Shown here piece after piece: positions 12,001 to 20,000 of a stretch of DNA of 20,000 bases (positions are counted from its first letter, which is position 1; each line of letters begins with the position of its first letter). Below the pieces are notes generated by a model. It had not been told where the DNA came from. It did no database searches and saw only the letters and a program-made list of their open reading frames with translations. The stretch spans positions 178,545 to 198,544 of the forward strand of contig JAYWIR010000100.1 of assembly GCA_036172245.1 (NCBI GenBank). Direction: 5' to 3'. The translations under genes and the position numbers were made by a program. The DNA comes from Raillietiella orientalis (lineage: Eukaryota).

Positions 12001-13760
12001 GAAATCCCCTGATTTCGAATTGATTACAAAGCCTGTAAGGTAGCAAATTTTTACCACATCATGGATCAGAGCGAACGAAAATATTCCTCTTCTAGGTACC
12101 ACACTGCTTACCATGAAAACAACACAGAGACCAAAGTGCCACCCCCTACTCTAATTTCGAACACTTCTTAATCATCCGCTGTAATCAGGAAATTGGAAGG
12201 CCTTGAGGCTTTCGATGACGGAAATTTGCCACTCACTGCAAATGTATGCTTAGTGAAAAGGCGCAAAAGTGCTATAGTAAAATCTTCTCATTTCCAATTG
12301 GTTACAAACCCTGAAAGTTTGCAAATTTTTACCACATACTGAAGTAAAGCGAAGGAAAAAATTCCTCTTCTACGTACGACACTGGTTACTATGAAAACAA
12401 CAGATAGACAAAAGTGCCACGCCCTAATCTAATTTCGAACACTTCATAATCATGCTCTGAAATCGGGAAATTGGTAGGGCTTTAGACTCTCCATGACGGG
12501 AATTTGGCACTTACTGCAAATGGATGCTTACTGAAAAGGGTCAATATTGCAACAGTTATATCCCCTGATTTCCAATTGTTTACAAAGCCTGAAAGGATGC
12601 AAATTTCTACTACATCATGAATCAGAGCGAAGTATGAGATTCCTCTTCTAGGGACGACACTGCTTACCATGAAAACAACACAGAGACTAAAGTGCCATGC
12701 CCTAACCTATTTTCGACCTCTTCTTAGTCATCCTCTCAAATCAGGAGAATGGAAGGCCGTGAGACTCTCCATGACATGAATTTGCCACTCACTGAAAATA
12801 GATGCTTCGTTAGGAGGAGCAAAATTGCAATGGTGAAATCCCCTGATTTCGAATTGATTACAAAACCTGAAAAGTTGCAAATTACTACCATATTATGGAG
12901 CAGAACGAAGTATAAGATTCCTCTTCTAGGTAGAACACTGTTTACCATGAAGACAACACAGAGACCAAAGTAACACCCCCTAATCTGATTTCGAACACTT
13001 CTTAGTCATGCTATGAAATCAGGAAAATGGAAGGCCGTGAGCATCTCCATGACGGGAATTTGCCACTCACTGAAAATGTTTGCTTAGTAAAAAGGCGTAA
13101 AAGTGCTATAGTAAAATCCCCTGATTTCCAATTGGTTACAAACCATGAAAGTTTGCAAATTTTTACCACATACTGAATTAGAGCGAAGGAAACAATTCCT
13201 CTTCTAGGTACGACACTGCTTACCATGAAAACAACACAGAGACGAAAGTGCCACGCCCTAACCTAATTTCGAACTCTTCTTAGTCATCCTCTGAAATCAG
13301 GAAATTGGAAGGCCGTGAGCCTCTCCATGACATGAATTGGCCACTCACTGCAAATTGATGCATCGTGAAGAGGAGCGAAACTGCAATGGTGAAATCCCCT
13401 GATTTCGAATTGATTACAAAGCCTGTAAGGTAGCAAATTTTTACCACATCATGGATCAGAGCGAACGAAAATATTCCTCTTCTAGGTACGACACTGCTTA
13501 CCATGAAAACAACACAGAGACCAAAGTGCCACGCCCTAACCCAATTTCGAACTCTTCTTAGTCATCCTCTGAAATCTGGAAATTGGAAGGCCGTGAGCCT
13601 CTCCATGACATGAATTGGCCACTCACTGCAAATTGATGCATCGTGAAGAGGAGCGAAACTGCAATGGTGAAATCCCCTGATTTCGAATTGATTACAAAGC
13701 CTGTAAGGTAGCAAATTTGTACCACATCATGGATCAGAGCGAACGAAAATATTCCTCTTC
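1..13760. repeat. Homogeneous HOR-structured satellite domain made of about 7 recurrent monomer variants
   Basis: The same variants recur almost identically, as shown by identical or near-identical ORF translations (1647/3031/4977/6645; 2717/5497; 1055/3829/9666). Different variants differ at about 45 of 278 positions (hand alignment of one pair). Confidence 0.9.
7980..13740. repeat. Block of about 1.3 kb repeated at 4448-bp (16-monomer) offset: ~7980-9290 and ~12430-13740
   Basis: Rare alleles are shared at exactly +4448: GAAGTATGAG (8181/12629), GTGAGACTCT (8311/12759), GAGCATCTCC (8591/13039), GAGACGAAAG (8791/13239), ACCCAATTT (9091/13539). Confidence 0.9.
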
Positions 13761-14044
13761 TAGGTACGATAGTGGTTACCATGAAAACAACACAGAGACC
13801 AAAGTACCACGCCCGAACTTAATTTCGTACTATTCTTAATCATCCTCTGAAATCAGAAAATTTGAAGGCATTGAGCCTGTCCATGATGCGAATTTGGCAC
13901 TGACTGCAAATAGATGCTTCGTGAAGACGAGCAAAACTGCAATTGTTAAATCCCCTGATTTCCGATTGATTACAAAACTTGAAAAGTTGCAAATTTCTAC
14001 CACATCATGAATCAGAGCGAAGTACAAGATTGCTCTTCTAGGTA

Positions 14045-14074
14045 GTCTATGTTGTTTTTATGGTAATCAGAGTC
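14045..14074 (-). other. 30-bp micro-inversion within a satellite monomer (copy 1)
   Basis: The reverse complement GACTCTGATTACCATAAAAACAACATAGAC matches the canonical + strand segment GACACTGGTTACCATGAAAACAACACAGAG(AC) expected at this position. Confidence 0.88.
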
Positions 14075-15152
14075 CAAAGTGCCATGCTCTCATGAAATTT
14101 CGAACTCTTCATGATCAGGCTCTTAAATCAGGAAATAGGAACGCCTTGAGCTTCTCCATGACATGAATTTGCCACTCACTGCAAATAGATGCTTCGTGAA
14201 GAGGAGCAAAACTGCCGTGGTGAAATTCCCTGATTTCGAGTTGATTAAAAAACTACAAAAGTGGCAAATTACTACCATATAATGAATCAGAACGAAGTAT
14301 AAGATTCCTCTTCTAGGTAGGACACTGTTTACCATGAAAAGAACACAGAGACCAAAGTGCCACGCTTTAATCTAATTTCGAACTCTTCTTAATCATCCTC
14401 TGAAATTAGGAAATTGGAAGCCCTTGAGGCTCTTCATGACGGCAATTTTCCACTCACTGGAAATAGATGCTTCGCGAAGAGGTGCAAAATGCAATAGAGA
14501 AATCCCCTTCTTTCGAAATGATTACAAAGCCTGATAGGTTGCAAATTTTTACCACATCATGAATCAGAGCGAACGAAAAGATTCCTCTTCTAGGTACGAC
14601 AGTGGTTACCGTGAAAACAACAGATAGACCAAAGTGCCACGCCCAAATCTAATTTCGAACACTTCATAATCATCCTCTGAAAGCGGGAAATTGGAAGTCC
14701 TTGAGTATCTTCATGACGGGAATTTGCAACTTACTGCAAATGGATGCTTAGTGAAAAGGCGCAATAGTGCAACAGTAATATCCTCTGATTTCCAATTGAT
14801 TACAAAGCCGGAAAGGTTTCAAATTTTTACCACATCATGAATGAGAGCGAAGGAAAAGATTCCTTTTCTAGGTACGACACTGGTTACCATGAAAACAACA
14901 AAGAGTAAAAAGTGCCACGGCCTAATGAACTCTCGAACTCTTCTTAATCATGCTCTGAAATCAGAAAATTGGAAGGCCTTTTGCCTCTCCATGACGCGAA
15001 TTTGTCAGTGACTGCAAATAGATGCTTCGAGAGGAGGAGCAAAACAGCAATGGTGAAATCCCCTTATTTCCGATTGATTACAAAACTTGAAAACTTGCAA
15101 ATTTCTACCACATCATGACTCAGAGCGAAGTACAAGATTGCTCTTCTAGGTA

Positions 15153-15182
15153 GTCTATGTTGTTTTTTTGGTAATCAGAGTC
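15153..15182 (-). other. 30-bp micro-inversion within a satellite monomer (copy 2)
   Basis: GTCTATGTTGTTTTTTTGGTAATCAGAGTC differs from copy 1 by one base and occupies the same monomer position. Confidence 0.86.
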
Positions 15183-15829
15183 CAAAGTGCCATGCTCTCC
15201 TGAAATTTCGAACTCTTCATATTCAGTCTCTTAAATCAGGAAATTGGAATGCCTTGAGGCTTTCCATGACGGGAATTTGCCACTCACTGCAAATGGATGC
15301 TTAGTGAAAAGGCGCGAAACTGCAATAGAAAAATCCCCTGATTTCCAAATGATTACAAAGACCGAAAAGATGCAAATTTCTACCACATCATGAATCAGAG
15401 CGAAGGAAAAGATTCTTCTTCTAGTTACGACACTGCTCACCATGAAAACAACACAGAGACCAAAGTGCCACGCACTAACCTTATTTCGAACACTTCTTAG
15501 TCATCCTCTGAAATCAGGAAATTGGAAGGCCGTGAGCCTCTCCATGACGGGAATTTGCCAGTCACTCCAAATGTATGCTTACTGAAAAGGCGCAAAAGTG
15601 CAATAGTGAAATGCCCTCATTTCCAATTGGTTACAAACACTGAAAGGTTGCAAATTTTTACCACATACTGAATTAGAGCGAAAGAAAAAATTCCTCTTCT
15701 AGTTACGACACTGCTTACCATGAAAACAACACAGAGACCAAAGTGCCACGCCCTAACCTAATTTCGAACACTCCATAATCATGTTCTGAAATCAGGAAAT
15801 TAGAAGGCCTTGAGCCTCTAAATGACGAG

Positions 15830-18388
15830 AATTTGCCACTCACTGGAAATAGATGATTCGTGAAGAGGTGCAAAACTTCAATGGAGGAATCCCCTAATTT
15901 CGAATTGATTACACAGCCTGAAAGGTTGCAAATTTCTACCACATCATGAATCAGAGCGAAGGAAAAGATTCCTCTTCTAGGAACGACAGTGGTTACCATG
16001 AAAACAACACAGAGTACAAAGTGCCACGGCGTAATGAAATTTCGAACTCTTCATAATCATGCTCTCAAATCAGCAAATTGGAAGGCCGTGAGCCTCTCCA
16101 TGACGGGAAATTTCCACTCACTGGAAATACCTGCTTCGAGAAAAGGTGCAAAACTGCAATGGAGAAATCCTTGGGTTTCGAATTGATTACAAAACTTGAA
16201 AAGTTGCAAATTACTACCATATAATGAATCAGAACGAAGTATAAGATTCCTCTTCCAGGTAGGACACTGGTTACCATGAAAAGAACACAGAGACCAAAGT
16301 GCCACGCCCTAATCTAATTTCGAACTCTTCGTAATCATCCTCTGAAATCGGGAAATTGGAAGGCCTTGAGTCTCTTCATGACATGAATTTGCAACTTACT
16401 GCGAATGCATGCTTAGTGAAAAGGCGCAATAGTGCAACAGTAATATCCTCTGATTTCCAATTGATTACAAAGCCGGAAAGGTTGCAAATTTCTACCACAT
16501 CATGGATAACAGCGTACGAAAAGATTCCTCTTCTAGGTACGACAGTGATTACCATGAAAACTACATAGACTCCAAAGTTCCACGCCCTAATGATATTTCG
16601 GACTCTTCTAAAGCATACTCTGAAATCGGGAAATTGGTAGGCCTTGAGCTTCTCCATGACGGGAATTTGGCACTTACTGCAAATGGATGCTTACTGAAAA
16701 GGCGCAATATTGCAACAGTAATATCCCCTGATTTCCAATTGATTACAAAGCATGAAAGGATGCAAATTTTTACCACATGATGAATGAGAGCGTAGGAAAA
16801 GATTCCTTTTCTAGGTATGACACTGGTTACCATGAAAACAACAAAGAGTAAGAAGTGCCACGGCCTAATGAAATTTCCAACTCTTCGTAATCATCCTCTG
16901 AAAGCAAGAAATTGGAAGTCCTTGAGCATCTCCATGACTGGAATTTGCCACTCACTGCAAATAGATGCTTCGTGAAGAGGCGCAAAACTGCAATGGAGAA
17001 ATCCCCTGATTTCGAATTGATTACAAAGCCTGAAAGGTTGCAAATTTCTACCACATCATGAATCAGAGCGAAGGAAAAGATTCCTCTTCTAGGAAAGACA
17101 GTGGTTAACAGGGAAACAACACAGAGACCAAAGCACCACCCTCTAATCTGATTTGGAACACTTCATAATCATCCTCTGAAATCGGGAAATTCGAAGGCCG
17201 TGAGCCTCTCAATGACGGGAATTTGCCACTCACTGGAAATAGATGATTCGTGAAGAGGTGCAAAACTGCAATGGAGGAATCCCCTAATTTCGAATTGATT
17301 ACACAGCCTGAAAGGTTGCAAATTTCTACCACATCATGAATCAGAGCGAAGGAAAAGATTCCTCTTCTAGGAACGACAGTGGTTACCATGAAAACAACAC
17401 AGAGTACAAAGTGCCACGGCCTAATGAAATTTCGAACTCTTCATAATCATGCTCTCAAATCAGCAAATTGGAAGGCCGTGAGCCTCTCCATGACGGGAAA
17501 TTTCCACTCACTGGAAATACATGCTTCGAGAAAAGGTGCAAAACTGCAATGGAGAAATCCTTGGGTTTCGAATTGATTACAAAACTTGAAAAGTTGCAAA
17601 TTACTACCATATAATGAATCAGAACGAAGTATAAGATTCCTCTTCCTGGTAGGACACTGGTTACCATGAAAAGAACACAGAGACCAAAGTGCCACGCCCT
17701 AATCTAATTTCGAACTCTTCGTAATCATCCTCTGAAATCGGGAAATTGGAAGGCCTTGAGTCTCTTCATGACATGAATTTGCAACTTACTGCGAATGCAT
17801 GCTTAGTGAAAAGGCGCAATAGTGCAACAGTAATATCCTCTGATTTCCAATTGATTACAAAGCCGGAAAGGTTGCAAATTTCTACCACATCATGGATAAC
17901 AGCGTACGAAAAGATTCCTCTTCTAGGTACGACAGTGATTACCATGAAAACTACATAGACTCCAAAGTTCCACGCCCTAATGATATTTCGGACTCTTCTA
18001 AAGCATACTCTGAAATCGGGAAATTGGTAGGCCTTGAGCTTCTCCATGACGGGAATTTGGCACTTACTGCAAATGGATGCTTACTGAAAAGGCGCAATAT
18101 TGCAACAGTAATATCTCCTGATTTCCAATTGATTACAAAGCATGAAAGGATGCAAATTTTTACCACATGATGAATGAGAGCGTAGGAAAAGATTCCTTTT
18201 CTAGGTATGACACTGGTTACCATGAAAACAACAAAGAGTAAGAAGTGCCACGGCCTAATGAAATTTCCAACTCTTCGTAATCATCCTCTGAAAGCAGGAA
18301 ATTGGAAGTCCTTGAGCATCTCCATGACTGGAATTTGCCACTCACTGCAAATAGATGCTTCGTGAAGAGGCGCAAAACTGCAATGGAG
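15830..18388. repeat. Near-exact direct duplication at 1390-bp (5-monomer) offset: ~15830-16998 and ~17220-18388
   Basis: ORF pairs 16065/17455, 16376/17766, 16561/17951 and 16827/18217 are all offset by 1390. I count about 6 mismatches by eye over about 1170 bp. Confidence 0.92.
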
Positions 18389-19596
18389 GAATCCCCTAAT
18401 TTCGAATTGATTACACAGCCTGAAAGGTTGCAAATTTCTATTACATTATGAATCAGAGCGAACGAAAAGATTCCTCTTCTAGGTACGATAGTGGTTACCA
18501 TGAAAACAACACAGAGACCAAAGTACCACGCCCGAACTTAATTTCGTACTCTTCTTAATCATCCTCTGAAATTAGGAAATTGGAAGGTCTTTAGCCTCTC
18601 CATGATGGGAATTTGGCACTTACTGCAAATTGATGCTTCGTGAAGAGGAGCAAAACTGCAATGGTGAAATCACCTGAATTCGAATTGATTACAAAACTTG
18701 AAAAGTTGCAAATTTCTACCACATAATGAATCACAGGGAAGGACAAGATTCGTCTTCTAGGTACGACACTGGTTACAATGAAAACAACACAGAGTACAAA
18801 GTGCCACGGCCTGATGAAATTTCGAACTCTTCTTAATCATCCTCTGAAATCAACAAATTGGAAGGTCTTGAGCCTTTCCATGACGGGAATTTGCCACTAA
18901 CTACAAATACATGCTTCGTGAAGAAGCGCAAAAGTGCAATGGTTAAATCCCCTGTTTTCGAATTGATTACAAAGCTTGAAAGGTTGCAAATTTCTACCAC
19001 ATCATGAATCAGAGCAAAGGAAAAGATTCCTGTTCTAGGAAAGACAGTGGTTACGATGAAAAGAACACAGAGACCAAAGCACCACCCCCTAATCTAATTT
19101 CGAACACTTCTTAATCATCCGCTGAATTCAGCAAATTGGAAGCCTTTAGGCTTTCCATGAAAGAAATTTGGCACTCACTGGAAACGTATGTTTAGTGAAA
19201 AGGCGCAGAAGTGCTATAGTAAAATCCCCTGATTTTCAATTGGTTGCAAACCCTGAAAGTTTGCAAATTTTTACCACATACTGAATTAGAGCGAAGGAAA
19301 AAATTAATCTTCTAGGTAAGACACTGGTTACTATGAAAACAACAGATAGACCAAAGTGCCACGCCCTAATCTAATTTCGAACACTTCATAATCATCCTCT
19401 GAAATCGTGAAATTGGAAGGCCTTGAGTCTCTTCATGACGGGAATTTGCCACTTACTGCAAATGGATGCTTAGTGAAAAGGTGCAATAGTGCAACAGTAA
19501 TATCCTCTGATTTCGAATTGATTACAAAGCCGGAAAGGTTGCAAATTTCTACGACATCAAGAATCAGAGTGAAGTATAAGATTCCTCTTCTAGGTA

Positions 19597-19626
19597 CTCT
19601 GTGTTATTTTTATGGTAATCAGAGTC
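19597..19626 (-). other. 30-bp micro-inversion within a satellite monomer (copy 3)
   Basis: The reverse complement GACTCTGATTACCATAAAAATAACACAGAG matches canonical GACACTGGTTACCATGAAAACAACACAGAG at 26 of 30 positions. Confidence 0.9.
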
Positions 19627-20000
19627 CAAAGTGCCATGCTCTCATGAAATTTCGAACTCTTCACAATCAGGCTCTTAAATCAGGAAATTCGAAGGCCTTT
19701 TGGCTTTCCATGAAGGGAATTTGCCACTCACTGCAAATGGATGCTTAGTGAAAAGGCGCAAAAGTGCAATAGTAAAATCCCCTGATTTCCAATTGATTAC
19801 AAAGCCGGAAAGGTTGCAAATTTTTACCACATCATGAATCAGAGCGAAGGAAAAGATTTCTTTTCTAGGTGCTACACTGGTTACCATGAAAACAACACAG
19901 AGTACAAAGTATCACGGCCTAATGAAATTTCGAACTCTTCTTAGTGATCCTCTGATATCAGGAAATTGGAAGGCCGTGAGCCTCTCCTTGACAGGAATTT

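Larger units (their letters stand above)
1..20000. repeat. Tandem satellite array, 278-bp monomer, about 72 copies, running off both window ends
   Basis: The T of the landmark TTAC(C/T)AT recurs at 170, 446, 724, 1001, 1279, 1557, 1835 ... 13782 ... 18501, 18779, 19057, 19334, 19887. Spacing is 278 bp apart from a few small indels, and no unique sequence interrupts the array. Confidence 0.98.
13761..20000. repeat. More diverged satellite domain of the same 278-bp family
   Basis: Register and conserved blocks are unchanged, but monomers are mostly unique variants with alleles absent on the left (ACGCCCGAACTT, GATTGCTCTT, AGCGTACGAA, inverted segment). Confidence 0.85.

Noticed and set aside
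12749..19748. Plus-strand and alternative-frame ORFs of 65-113 aa
   Set aside because: They appear sporadically through single substitutions that create an ATG or remove a stop, and they overlap the antisense ORFs.
512..19887. Tandem family of small protein-coding genes (minus-strand ORFs)
   Set aside because: The ORFs simply track the repeat unit, with only about 53 bp between them. Changes are largely nonsynonymous, starts and stops are lost freely, and no domain is recognisable.
1..20000. CRISPR array or integron-like cassette array
   Set aside because: There are no unique spacers or cassettes: the whole 278 bp is homologous between units. No cas or integrase gene is present.

Overview
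The whole window is one uninterrupted head-to-tail tandem array of a 278-bp monomer (about 72 copies, about 40% GC), best read as eukaryotic satellite DNA. I found no supportable genes: the 62-96 aa ORFs are the same monomer frame recurring, with mostly amino-acid-changing differences. Positions 1-~13760 form a younger domain built from about 7 recurrent monomer variants. These are arranged in shuffled higher-order repeats (HORs) with 5-, 6-, 13-, 16- and 23-monomer offsets. Positions ~13760-20000 form a more diverged domain that contains a near-exact duplication at a 1390-bp offset and three monomers carrying a 30-bp micro-inversion. Monomer length is almost invariant although variants differ by about 16%. 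Many monomers carry an RFX X-box-like 14-mer within the segment that is inverted. I cannot identify the organism or satellite family from the sequence alone.
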